Notes under the pieces: model-generated
Told to the model about the DNA's origin: nothing
What the model saw: the letters and a program-made list of their open reading frames with translations, nothing else
Database searches by the model: none
Made by a program: the position numbers and the translations under genes
Assembly (NCBI GenBank): GCA_040954595.2
Contig: CM082576.2
Location: forward strand, 248,001 to 312,000
Length of the DNA: 64,000 bases
Origin: Balanoglossus misakiensis
Lineage: Eukaryota > Animalia > Hemichordata
Direction of reading: 5' to 3'
Part shown: piece after piece, positions 26,201 to 40,100 of the stretch
How the letters are laid out: every line of letters starts with the position of its first letter
Position numbering within the stretch: the stretch's first letter is position 1

Positions 26201-28478
26201 AGAAAAATTAATCGCCGGTACTACTTTAATGTAGCGTACAGATGATTAAAGTTTTAGTTATCTAATAACTTTCACAAATTATTTCCGCAAGTGACCATTC
26301 GCGTGCGTTTGTATGAACTGGCGAGTAAAGCCTGCGCGATGGGCCAACCTATCGCATGAGTTACAACTGCCTTAGCAAACGTCGCACCGATGGTGGATGG
26401 CAGTAAATTCGTCAAAACGGTATTCTGTCACACATCTTCCCCTGTAAACACTGTGACTGCGTTGATCTGATATGGCAGATGATTCATCATCACAGGGATG
26501 ATATGCTTGATGACAATCTTTCCGTCAAAAGAAAGCTTGGGAGGACTTATCAGCTTTTCTGTTTCCACCCAAAAAGGATCCGATCTTGTTAAAAACAACA
26601 TTCAACTTTTGACATATCAGTCCCTGGAAAGACTTGCCCATTCCCCGTAAATCTCATTTGTCGCGAGGTTGTCGCCGAAACCCATCCGTCGACGTCCTAA
26701 TGGATTGTACGTCGGTAAATTTACCGTGACGGGGTAAGTTTCCTAAAAACAATCCCGTTGTAAATTTTCCATTTAATCAAACAAAGGTTGACAGATGTGT
26801 CCCATACTCTATTATGGCAAGGTTTTAGTAAAAATAAAAAAGCTAACTAGCCCCGCAACCAGTGCTCGCCCAACTGTGTCCGTTGTGTACTTTAGTGTAC
26901 AGTTACTGACAAACCCCGTGCTGACCTCCCAGCGACAAATCACAGTCCAGCTCATCTCACGACCGTTTAATGGACAAAATGTAAACTCTAGGGCCAGTTT
27001 GCAAACAAAACCTCGTAAAATATCGCCCTCTCGAATCTTTTCTGTATTAGTTCAACTTGTATCAATATCTGCAGGCCGTATTCCACATCATTAGAAGAGA
27101 AGGCATATAGACACAGCGATTCGATATATACAATAATTTGAGGAACTGCATAATCTGCTCAACTATTAAGGGAATTCGCCTGCTTCTCTGCCTCGGTGAT
27201 ACAATTTTACATATCCATAAAGCGCACACGGAAGGCAGTCAAATTGATCGTGTGTAGCGGTAAAATCTTGTTTCAACCTGCCCGCTTATAAAAATCAATT
27301 TAAATTCAACATATGCAAATGGAAACACGGTATTACACCTACATGTGCGTGTTTTAGTCACATTTCATTTCAGCTATAGGGTTGGAATTCTTTGAGTACA
27401 CTATTCATACAATTATTGTACGATTTTTTCCCTTTCACTCCATCAACAAAGCTACATAATGGACAGTCGCTTGGTGCTGTTTTCATTTCGGCAACAACCT
27501 CATTCATGTCTAAAGGGAATTGCTGGCAGGATATATGAAATCGGACATTTATAAATAATATTTCCACGCACAATTGTTGTTCTTTCGTGTAGTTAGCCCT
27601 TTAATAAATTAGGCATGCGGTGACAAGAACGCTGCCTTAACATTACCGCAATTACAGTTAAACGTTTCTTTTAGAATTAAACCATCATTTTTCATCAGAA
27701 ATAAATCCTACATTAAAAATGAATCGACTCATGTTAGACCAAACTAATGCTAGTCTGTCAAGAGCAACTTCAGTAATGAAGAATTGTGTATAGATGTAGT
27801 AAAAAATAAACATCAACTTCTGAAGCATTTTAAAATTAAAATTCTATATATTCGATGTTAAGTTTTTGTTTCGCAAATTATATATTGTCATGAAATCGGA
27901 TGATCAAACCAACTGATCACGTGGGGGTGGTTGCGCTATTTAAACAAATTCTATGTCAACTTTCAGTTCTGGTCGATCATTAATTTACACTCTAATCCAT
28001 CTGTTTAATCTGTATTTTTTCATTGATGTTAATATGTTTCTCAGCTATTTACCATAGGCAACATAAACCTGTCAGTACAGTTAGGCCTACAATGTATGAA
28101 CCCTGGATGAGTAAACACAGAAACAATATATATTTTTCCAATGGAATATTTATTCCGTTCGTTTCAATAAGGAATTCAACTAAAGCTACCAAATATAATG
28201 TTATGAGGTTAGGTTAGCTTATAATTACATAGAAAGATGTGTTTTATATACAGTTACGGAATAAACAAGCCTCTGGGTATGTTTTATGAAAACTGACGTT
28301 CAGTATAGTTGCAAAAGGCATAGGGCTGATTCCAAAGGGCTTGAAAATACCTGACAGAACATATTGTTATATTACTTGCGGTGTGAAATTAGGAGACCAG
28401 ATGTCAAATATTAAAATATATTTAATATATTTATGAAAGGCCAAAAATTAAAATATTCAATATAAATCTGACAATTAA

Positions 28479-28950
28479 GATTATAACATGGCAATTACAA
28501 ACAAGCAATAGCGGCCGAATCGATGAATTGAATATATTATGGACTCATTACGATTACAAGATCCCTAAACTTCGATATTTCTTAAACTGAGAGATCGGCA
28601 GCATTTTGCAGTCACTGAACTAAAGCTTCTATTCGTGGCGGTGTCACCAAGTAGATACAAGGACAACCTGGTGTGACGCAGCCAGTGAAATATACGAGAA
28701 GTCTGTCGTTACAGAGGATTTTAACTTCTTTTTATTTTTCCCATACCCCAGTTAATCTAACATATTATTTTAAACGATTGGGGGTTAATTTTGTTTTGTA
28801 GCCATTAAAATATGTGATCAGGAAATTTCGACTAATACTGACAGCTTCCCGGAACTTGTGGAGCATTCAGGCTGCAATTTAGTCTAAATTGTTTTAGGAT
28901 AATTTTGTGTCGCTTGGAGATGTGTTGCTTTCTCTGGCGGCAAATGTTCT
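28479..28950 (+). repeat. Diverged direct repeat, copy 1 (partner 29835-30280)
   Basis: Collinear shared blocks GATTATAACAT, AAACTTCGATAT, GCCAGTGAAATATACGA, AAATTTCGACT, GGATAATTT, GGAGATGTGTTGCT. Confidence 0.85.
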
Positions 28951-29834
28951 CTGTGCGTTTTCTGTTGTTTTGTTGTTTAAAATTATACTTACTTTGTGTA
29001 ACCGGAATGTTACTGGCAATACACACCAATGTTAATCGCGGACGCGGAGCATCATGTGACCTGCCCTGTTTCCCTGGAAACTGTGATAATTTCAAACCAT
29101 CTCGCTGGATCAATCGTTCTGGTTTCAAATTACGGCGCCTTTTTCGACAGGTTTTAAGTTTATTTTTGGAATGTATAATGTCGACAGAGTACTTGAAATC
29201 CAGTATGGCTCAGTTATTCAATAGTTTCGTCAGTAGAAGAGTTTTTTTCTTTTGCTTATACAGATGATTGATCATGGATTTTGTGTTTTATTAGTTAATT
29301 ATTTAACTCCTGTCACACATGTAATATAATTTTCATCTTCTATAAAACAACGACCTCGTTTCATTGTATTTGTATCTTTCATTTTAATCCAAAAATACCC
29401 CCACCCCTGACACGAAATTTTATCATGGGATATTTTGGGTATTGTATCCCGGTGTTGTCTGGTTCCGAAATTTTAGCTTACAAAAATTGTTGTTGTTTTT
29501 TGCCACGCTTGTATTTCATTTTGTACAAACGCGAGACTTTGTGTTTTAGGGATAGCATTGACATCACTTTGGCAGTTACCATTCTGTTTTGAATGTGCGT
29601 TACTTTATTTCCTTGGAGACTTAATCGGATGATGGTGATATGTAATAATCTATGTTAAAATACATTGGTTTCTGCAGATTTCACTTGTTGTCATGAATTG
29701 GATTCTTATTCAAAATAGAATTCTTTGAAACGTGTTGCCACCATTTTAACGTTATTATGCCTAATATAACGGTGGTCGGATTCTTAAATGATTGTTTCAA
29801 GGAATGTTCATTTAAGTTTTAAAATATAGGCTTT

Positions 29835-30280
29835 GATTATAACATAGAAACTATAAATGGTAAATTCCGTTGGTGTCAGTGATTTGAGCGTGTAAAATTA
29901 CAAATTACGAAACTTCGATATCTTCAGACAAATTTTAAGAGTGTAGGACTGGCCAGTCAATGACCTACAAGTTTTATCCTGGAGGTGTCTCACCATGTAG
30001 ATTGCCAGTGAAATATACGAAAAGTCTATCGTATTAGAGGATTTAACTTTTATTTTTCCCATAATTCCATCAATCTAACTTTATTTTATACGATTAGGGG
30101 TTAAATCTGCATTTGTTCATTTATTAAAGCTATTAACCGGCGTGTAATCTGAAAATTTCGACTGATACTTGCAGCCTCCGGAAACTTTTGAAACATTCAG
30201 GGTATAATTAGTCTGAATTGTTTTCGGATAATTTGGTGTTGCCTGGAGATGTGTTGCTATGCTTGGCAGTAAAAGTTATC
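29835..30280 (+). repeat. Diverged direct repeat, copy 2 (partner 28479-28950)
   Basis: Same collinear blocks at an offset of about 1.32-1.36 kb. Confidence 0.85.
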
Positions 30281-31056
30281 TTGACGATTTATTTCTTGGC
30301 TTGCGAATTTTATCACGAATCTGATTCCGATTTAGACTGGATTTCTGCGAAATATGTTACCACCATTATGGCTTTAACATGCCTAACATGACGACCGTCA
30401 GATTGTTAAAAAAAAGACCGCTAGGCCTAATGGCCGCACGTCTGGCTTGAAACAAAATGGGGCGAATATGATATTGTGAAGTGATTCCGCTTGACACGCA
30501 ACCTAACACTTTGATTAATGCGCCCAAGCAAAATTAAGTAGTTGCCTGACACGTGAAATTAGCAGGTAACGCCTTGAGCTGACTTCAGTCATCGTGCACT
30601 GTTACAATATATTGTAATTTAACTTTTGTCTGAGAGGCATTCATTCGTTGTTTTGATTTCCCCGTTAATAGTTACAGGCCCATGGGAGACGGCCGAAATA
30701 TCTGTTGTGCGCTTCTGTGTAGCCCCGGGTCGTACAATCTCTGAAATCACCAAATCCTCCGATTCTAGAAAAAAGACACTGGCTTTTTCTGCCTTCCCAG
30801 GGTCACAGAGGTGATGATGTCGGGCAGACTCGGCAATCCGGAGATAATTGACACAATTATCGGGATCAAGAACGTGGAAAATTGCTTGATGACAACGATC
30901 CAAATCCTGGCTGTCCCGAGACAAACCAAATCGAGAAAATAGCTGAAATTACTCTCCTCTGTGCCCCACCCCGGAAAACACTACATTTAAACCCTTTACT
31001 TCCATTTCATGAAAAGAGTGGCCCGACGAAATATCAGTTGGTGGGAAAGTGCCGTC

Positions 31057-31089
<33 letters not shown>
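31057..31089 (+). repeat. (ATG)n trinucleotide microsatellite
   Basis: Directly visible; source of the poly-His/poly-Asp ORFs. Confidence 0.95.
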
Positions 31090-33874
31090 GTGCATATTTA
31101 TCTCACTGTTTCCATAATATCCCCTTAGTCTGGTAGTGGACGCAATACCATGGCGACTGTTAATGTTCAGTCGCATATGGTGAAATTACTGATGAGCTGA
31201 TGATGTTAGTTTCTCGAGTCAGATGTTGCAACATATATTACATTTTGCTCATTTCCTCTCGGTTAACAGGCGCCACACACATATCGGTTTAATGTCGTTC
31301 CTGCTTCGTCTGCAGCCGACCCCTTCCCAGAGATTGCTTTCGGGGTGGACGTGTGAGTTATGGATGCGGTGAGGTTGGGGGGGGGGGGGGGGGCTGATTT
31401 GAAGAACACAACGCTCCGAGTCAGAAGCAGGTTGAGTCCAGATTACAGTTCTTTGCGCATCCAGATGAGCTAAGTGACAATATTTGAGACGAAAAGACGT
31501 CGCAGTAAGTGAATAAGTGCCATATATCTGTCTACCGATTGCTCTTCAAAAGTGAAATACCCTAGGTCAATTCTTCCAAGTGGATTCCTAGCTCCGGTCG
31601 AACTCTCTCACGCCAACACTTTTATGGCCGATTCAACAGAGTATTGTTCGGATCCAAGCCAATAATTCAAGACGTGCATATTTGTTAAAGTCATCGAGAT
31701 ACTCTCGAAGCTTAGCAAACATTTTTGTTAGATGAGGTTAAACTACTTTCTCGATGGGGATGCCGAGGTAAAAAAAAGAAAAGAGAGGCAGTATAGGATG
31801 GTTGGGACAAAGTGTATCTGCTATCACGGTATTTTGTCTTTAAAAATTGATAAATTGCACGAAATATTCGTCAGCAATGCATCCATTTGGTTATTTTACC
31901 GGTTCCACGGCATATTTGCACAAATGTTAGGACTTTGGTACTTCAGTGTTCAAAAGTGGTCAATATTTGATTGACGTAGGTAAAACAACAATTAACTTCA
32001 TTCTAAACTTCGACGGGGATTCCCTCAATTATTGTGGCAACGTAAGCCTCAGGTGTTGACGATCACCGCGTGTCTACACTGCGTACACTTTTGTCGCCAA
32101 ATTTTTGTTTGTAATTTTTCGTAAAAGTAATATTTGGAAGTGATTGATTGGTTGTTGTATATTGATCTCACCGTGACGAACGAAGATATTGTTCAACCTG
32201 ATTAAAATTAGAAACTGCAATCAATTGTAAAAATCTTCAACCAAACCAGCACTTTTATAATACCGATGAGTAAATGAAGCTTATTCTTGAACGGTGGCGC
32301 TTTTTACTCGTTCGAGTTAGGTTCTGCCATCTATTACTGTACATATACTAGCACGTCATCACGTTACCATCGGTAAAAATTCGCATCAAAATTATTTTAC
32401 ACTGCGATATCTAATAAGATGGACATCGCAAGAATGCATATTTAAACTGTGAACACGTTTATCGCTCTCAAGTAACAAGACACTTCATAGCCCTCATCTC
32501 GATTCCGTCAGATTCTGCAGAGCATCTAATCAACCGGGTCTATTCACATCGCAAGCAAGCGTTACTAATTCCAATTCTTCCGAACTTTGGAGTGAATTCA
32601 GGCATAGATAAAACCTTTTACACACTTTGGGCTCGAGAGATTTGCAAGAAACTGACAGTGCAGGGTACGAGTAGGCGATTGGCAGGTCAGCTCTAAAGTG
32701 CTGCTTGTCATAATTTTAAAATTTCAGTAACATTATGTAAGACCTGTGTATTTTAGATTATGGCGTTTGATATAAAAATAGCCATAAGAAGTCGGCTTGA
32801 AAATTAAAAGTTTAAATACAAAGATTTGTAAAGTGACGTTATTTCCTTTTTTATTTTAAAATCTGCTCTTGAGTTTTTTTGTCCGCTTCAAGTGAAGAAC
32901 AGTTAGTTTATGATTGATTCACACTCACTCCTTTAGTGTGTATTCCAATCTACATTTCTCCATATGTCGGAGAACTTTTTTCCAGAGTGTGTGTGATTTT
33001 GGCGCGAAGTTGTAAATAGACATGAGTGGAATAGAAATACGGGGGCATATGTTGCAATATTGGAGGCTAGGTTTTAGACGCGTTAAAACCTTAATGCCTC
33101 GCCCATTTCGAGTTAAACGTCAACCCAGAAATGTGCTCTCTGCACGGAAAATAGGTGACCCCCAATTTCCACATAAATCATTCGTCCCCTGTCACAAAAT
33201 CAACAAACTCCAAACTGGAAAGCCGTCCAACCCGGGCGATGTCACGAGTCTCGTTTGATAACGTGTGCACAGTACGTGGACTGGCATGCGACGAATATGT
33301 TTCACTGCACGCAAGACTAAAATTTGAAGGGCATGTCAAAAATGAAAAAAGAGTGGAAAGGACCCGCCAAAAATACAGGCAGTTGTACCCGAAATTCAAA
33401 GCAGTTCTATTTGTACTGTATTTACCATTCAACGCAAGGAAATTGCTGAATTTGGCGATATTGGGTGAACAGATGGGTTTTAGGATGAAACAGACAAGTC
33501 AGTGAATTTTGTTTCGCTGCGGGCAGAGTCCACCAAGCGGAACAGGCTCATCAGCCGCCATGTTAAATGTACGTGTTTCCTCAAGTTTCTTCAGCATTTT
33601 GGCGGGAATTGCATAATAGACTAATCTTTCGGGTGATAAAATGTAATCCCCCTCACACCGAGAAACAAAAAAATGGCTATCGTTCTGCCTGAGGCCTTGA
33701 CGGTATCCATTGAGAGACGTAATCTATCATGCCAACGGGTAGCGTTTGATATTTTCTTACTGTACGTTGTAGTCAAAATGCTTGTCAACACCGTTAACTT
33801 TGTATCCAATTGAAAAAAAGAACATTTTCGAAAATTACCACCCAGCCATATACAATACATACATATGTCCTACG

Positions 33875-34173
33875 TACATACATACACACATACGCACGCA
33901 CGCACGCACACACACACACATACATACATACATACATACATACATACATACATACATACATACATACATACATACATACATACATACATACATACATACA
34001 TACATACATACATACATACATACATACATACATACATACATACATACATACATACATACATACATACATACATACATACATACATACATACATACATACA
34101 TACATACATACATACATACATACATACATACATACATACATACATACATACATACATACATACATACATACAT
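33875..34173 (+). repeat. Compound microsatellite dominated by a long perfect (TACA)n array
   Basis: Short (CACG)n and (CA)n runs, then about 250 bp of uninterrupted TACA. Confidence 0.98.
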
Positions 34174-37100
34174 TGTATTTCTAACGGTTAAATTTCAAGA
34201 AGTCCGTTCTGTTTTGTAAAGATGTGCATTCCTGTTCTTGGGTTGTAATTGGTTGATCTTCAGAAGAAGTAATTCACCTCGTCTCTTGTATTAGATGCGT
34301 GATACTAGTATCAATGACACATGAAATCGTTACAATTATATTTCTATAGAAAATATATGGCCCATGGAAACGACGCATAATGGTCAGCGCCAACATCCAC
34401 TTTGACATAACAGATGCGCCACCAATTGCCCGGTCCTCCTGGGGCAGCAGATTTGGACATTTTGCGGCTAGCGCGCAGCGGCGCGTAGCCAAAATTTGAA
34501 CAGATTGAGTAAGCGGCAGAGACAAATCACCGGTATTATGCAGTGATCATAGGGGGGATTAGACCCAATATTGTCCCAATTATAACCTCTAAAAAGGACG
34601 AAAGTTCTTGAAATAATTATCCATTTACTAAGCAAAACAGCCCATTATACGCAGATTTGTTATAAATGCTCCACATGTAATTTACAAGTGAAACTGACAT
34701 TTCATCATGTATCATGTCTGTATCGTAATTGATAGTCCCTTTTCCTTGAGTTGAGTCACGACACAAAAGCCAAATGTCCCCTCTTCCAAAGAACAAAAAC
34801 TCGGCCCGGGGGATCGTCATTCAAAAACGATAACATGTTTCTCTTTTTCAGAACGTGTGTGCTGTGTCTTTGGCTCGTCCGGCTTGTCGCTTTCTGTAAA
34901 CGAGAACTTTTTTCGCAAAGTGCACATGAAAACACAGGAAAGCTGTCTCCAGGCCCATTAATTTCTTTAAATACCACTAAAGTACAAAGTCTACAAAGAA
35001 TAAAAAAAGACACTTTCGTTTTTGCTGGATTTGATTCTACAATATTAATTGAAGCAATATGCCATCAACACTCTTACAAAACGCCAATGTTGAAATTAAT
35101 AGATAATCAAAATTAAACATTCGTGTTTGAAATATAACTTTTTCCCGCGCAGTAATTGTATCTAGTCTCGATCGTTAGGAAATTTTGAGTATTTTAAAGG
35201 AATTATTCAAACTGAAAATATCGTCAAATATTTGTATTCGCTTCTCAGCTGGACAGGCTACTTGAATAAAACATCTCAACAGCTGAGTTATTAAACTAGA
35301 AGCCATTAAAGTATCATTACAATAGCTTTCACTTTTTCCCAAAAATTAATCACCTTCAGAATTTCTTTCGAAAACCGTCTCGGCGGTTCATGGATACTCG
35401 ATAAATGAAGGGTTGCATTTTCGGATAAATATGACACAAAACATGATGGAGATCATGGCGCCCTAATCTATAGCCATTTTCGCTAGAGTTTTCGGAAAGT
35501 TGAAAGTCGCGCGGTGTCTCGCGCTGCGTACTACTTTTCTCAGTCAGTGCGGTTTTGTTCATTGGCGTCATTAAGTATGATACGCGGTGGAAATCGAACT
35601 TGCTGGCTGCGAGCATCGTTTGTACAACTGCTATCCTAGGGCCAGCAATGTAACGCAGAAACATCTGCACCTCGGCAAACGCCAGCAAGCATTAAGGGCG
35701 AGTCAGTTGGCAACATGAGCTTCGTCTTCAAACAGACTTTGCACAAATTCTGCGTAAGCTAATATTCAGAATTGGATGGAGCAGACATGCTAGTGGATTT
35801 TTATTTTCAAAGGAAACTCATTTTATGATCGTGCCTGCCTCCGCCTGCCCACATAGGTCTCCATGACGACGGAAACACGGAGGAAATTAATAAAACAAAA
35901 TGTGAAGTTGCAGGCACCTTGCAATGCTAAGCGTTTTGCAGATAAGTAATTGTATTAACTGTGACTAGGCTTAAACCATATAAATGGCCATCTTTCACCG
36001 GGCACAGAAAAGAGAGGGAAAAGCGGTTTGGCTAAAGTTTTTTCTAATTTCATGGCCACGTCCGTAAAATTATTGGGTCTTACTTCCCTTTCTTAAAATT
36101 GGCTTGTCTCAGGAATACTTGCTTGGAACACATCATTTGGGTTAAATTTAGATCTAGAAAATATAACATTGCAAATAAAAGTGGCAGCACTAGTTTATAT
36201 AGTCAAGTACAAGTAACAACGTTGGAATCATTTGATGTCATTTCGGTTGATTCTGTCTCGCTTGGGAATTTATTTCCGTTACTCTCAACTGCCAGTGTAA
36301 CATCCTACACCACTTGTACTTGACGTTCTTTCTCCTCTCTCTAAACATGTAGACACTTCTGTGGTGCAACCGTGTCTATGCTATAAATTATGTCACTGAA
36401 TTCTGTATATTGTGCTATATTTTCAAGCAGGGTGCGGGTTGGGCTTTAACTGGGGAATGGTGGTTCAACATTTCCGAACAAGTAGAAAAATATAACGAAT
36501 GAACTAATATCACGAGTGGCACACGCATCGACCTTTACTGCTCTGTTCTAAGGGCGGTGACTAAATACTAGAGTCAGAATTGTGTAAAATTTTACTGAGC
36601 GACATTGTTCTCATTAGCCCCTAGAATGCCGCGCAGATCAAACCCCTTTGCTTGATCCGAATACTCTTCTTTACGCCATCATGGAATCATCCATTCCCGG
36701 CCAAGTTTTCCCCGCAAACAGCTGATCCAAGAAAAACCTCCCCGACACAACCGTCCTCTATTTATGAATTATCCTACGCGGTCGGGTAAAGAAGTTGCTC
36801 GGGTTTGTTTCGGTTCTGCCGCGGACAGTCGCTGCACCATTAGTGCCGACATCCGATCCGATCAGTGTATTTCATGACGGACTATAAATTTCAACCAAAT
36901 CAACAACGAAGGTTCATTTTAACGAAAATTTTCTTTTCCAGAAACAGTGGGCAAATTGCTCACATTTATCATATTTTTCTTTACTTTCATCCTTTTAAGA
37001 CTAATAGACCTAACTAATTATCTTAGATGTCGGTCAGCGTCAGCTTATGTTTCTTGTTGTTTGATCAAAATGCGAAGACAACTTCAAAGACGCTTAGAAT

Positions 37101-40100
37101 GTTTCAGGTGAAAAAGACTGAAATAATTGCAAAGGAACGAACAATACTAGGTTATGGGGAAAATATGAAGTCACAAATTTGGCATTTGGCAAAGTTGACG
37201 CATGCGCAAAAAAGTGCTTCGCGTGAAGCACAAATTTGGGGGTGGGCAGAAGCGTATTTTGTCTTCAACTCTTGAAATCGACGTTTGTTCTGTTTTTTTA
37301 CAGGTTATGTCAAAGGTAACAGTGCGTAGACGGATGCAAAAGAGCCCGGGGTCCAGACGTTGCTGACATGTCTTTCGTGTTTCTGTATTTAGACAGGGAA
37401 AATATAACATGATGCCAAATATTAGTTCTCTCTTATTCATATGTTTGTTGGGCTTATACAACGTAAGTTTATAAATGCTGACAATTGTGGGGCTGGATAA
37501 TTACCTATACGTACACAACACTGATAAATCATTTGTCTCCCATATATGCATTGTGGAGACGCTTAAATTTATATGTGCCTTATAGAGATTTATTGAGAAA
37601 CTACTGGTTACATTAAACAAACAGATTTTTCGACTATCAAGACTGGTAGTTGTAGGTTGTATTTTTAAATTTTTGAACAGTTCTAGTATTCATTAGAATA
37701 CCTTTGATTCGTGTCGTACACTTTGTGTTGTCTCTCTCGAACTCATGTCGAGGTGATTTTTCTGACCAGTGAAAACTGAATGAATATTGACTCAGTCTAC
37801 ACTCATTTCTTTCTAAAATTGCAATAGGATAGGCATCGACTAATTTCATATCTCAATCAAAATTTGCAAGTTATTAATTGTTTTACCCTGGGTTGTACGT
37901 TAGTGATGGTTAAATGACTGGAAAGGTAAAAAAACATCAGCTTACAGCTTTGTGCAAGAGTATTAGGACCTCTACAAATCGTGGCGAACGAGCATTTACC
38001 GATCTGATTTCCGCACCGGTGAAGTGAAACCAGTCCAATGTTTCTAAAACATCGCGAGAAAATGAGTTTAGCATCTGGCTGCCAAAAGCACAATAATACG
38101 GAATCACTCAATAGTCGGGCATATTTTTCTAATAACAAAAAAACTATTTCGCAGAAAGTATTACATGTCCATGTCGATTTCATGCAAAAATACACCAGTA
38201 CAAAGGGTTCCGTTATGCGATCATAATAGAAGAAGGGAAAAAAAACAATTTTATTAAAACAACAAACATTTTAGACTGATGAAACACTCTGGCTAGAGTA
38301 AATACAGTCGGTGAAGAAATCCTAGCTGCACAATTGAGTTCCATTTTGGATGTGTATATAGACACTACAAAGGCAAACGAACGCCTCGGATCTAAACTAT
38401 AACGCAAATCAAGTAGTTAATAAAAATTTCATATTTGTCTACGCAATCAGCGGGCAAAGCAGTTTGAGTCTTGGGGCTGGTGTATAATTAATTGGAGAAG
38501 AGTTTTCATAAGTGTGTACATATTTACTGCATTCTTGTCAAAATAAAGAGAAACCATTCTCTGTTTCCGAAATTTCCTGTCTGTGTCGATTTTATTTTAT
38601 TTTCCTTTTACTCCAGATGTAATATTTTCGTCAAATACGGACAAAACAGATTAGGGAGAGAAAGTTATTTGGAACGCAAACACGCCACCCTTAACCGTCA
38701 ACTTTATGTGCGTTTTGTGATCTAATCTCGGAGCCAGAAATGCGAGAGACTGGGTGAGTAAAAGAGAAAAAATGCGCGAAATTCGGCCTTTTCTTCTTCC
38801 AATCAGGTGAAAAACATATGCGAAATTCAACCACCTATAGGCAGTAGATAATCAGAGAATAGTCTGCCAAAAGATGGTAACAATAGCTGACGAATTGATC
38901 ACCAGCCAGCTTTTTAACGTTCTACAAATAATGCAAGCTGTTGCTGTTTAAACTCGCTAGAATTTCCTCCCGAAAGTACTAAATTATAGTGAATAATAGC
39001 GCTTGATTAAATTATTCAAATCTTCCGTAGAGACTAGTAGCGAGTGCTGCTTTGCCCGTCAAACAAGGCACATATAGGAATTATGCTTGTCTTCTTGATC
39101 CAATAAGCACATAGATATTACATATTGTCATCGAGAGAAATTTTCTCCCGGGGACCATGATATAGAACAAGGTAATGCAACGTGCGTGTGTAGGTTTAAT
39201 AACGTTTGGGCGAGTCATTTCTGCCGGTTTTTACATCCCTGCCCCCAAGAGGTGAGAACATGATCTCATTTCCATTAACTCCCCCTTATTACCATTTCAC
39301 TGTAACATGGTTAAACCTTCCCAAACGCCGAGCTAATGATATTTACCTTTGCAAGGAGAAAAAATACACCGTAAGGGCTGGATGGCCGGTTCACTTGTGT
39401 GCTCCCCGCTTCTAATCAATAAACCTACCCGATATAATAATACAATTATAGGCTACAACCGTGATTGAAATGCCACGAGAAATCATATCGGACAGATTGG
39501 GAGTTTTCTGTGACATAAAAGAACCTTGTATGGTACGTGTGTCTATGTATATGAATGAGAGAATGAGAGAGAGGTTGGAACGAGAGGAGACAAACACAGT
39601 GCATGCTCAAGGGTGAATTTTATTGAGAGTCTACGGTATTTAGCTATATTGGAGTATTTCCCCCTCTTTCAAGTAACTCTCTCGGTTCATCAAAGCATTG
39701 AAGGCAATGTCATTAATTAATCTGTGTGATTAAAGATAAACATGGCTCTTCTGCTCGCACCGGTTTCTTCTTTTCGGGAAGAGTTGGTATGACGATGGTG
39801 AGGGAGGGAGGGGTTGGGTGAGTGGGCTGGCCGTCATGCCATCGCTCTGAGTGTCATGGAAGCGGTGAGCGGACAAGGATATAAGTTGGGAGACATTCCA
39901 TTAATGGTTTATCATGTCGAGTGGTAAAGGAAAGTTCAAACTGGGAGATTTTTTAAAATTTTCAATCGACACGATCGTCGCGTCTCGATTTAATAGAATC
40001 CGCCTCAATTGTATTCTGAAACTTCTATTCTTCTGTTAACATCGCTCTTAATAAGTTAAAGGGTTTTGATCTGGTATCACAACAAACACGTTCCCTTTCA

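Noticed and set aside
30882-31176. Poly-His / poly-Asp ORFs
   Set aside because: Produced by the (ATG)n microsatellite; no splice or homology support.
31185-31230. CTGATGAG hammerhead-like core
   Set aside because: No stem II followed by GAAA and no pairing arms.
33782-34219. Six ORFs with YIHT / MYVC repeats
   Set aside because: Artefacts of the stop-free (TACA)n array. The array has no spacers, so it is not CRISPR-like.
34466-34490. GC-rich hairpin GGCTAGCGCGCAGCGGCGCGTAGCC
   Set aside because: Too short for a pre-miRNA, no adjacent Helitron CTRR end, and bacterial-style terminators are irrelevant here.
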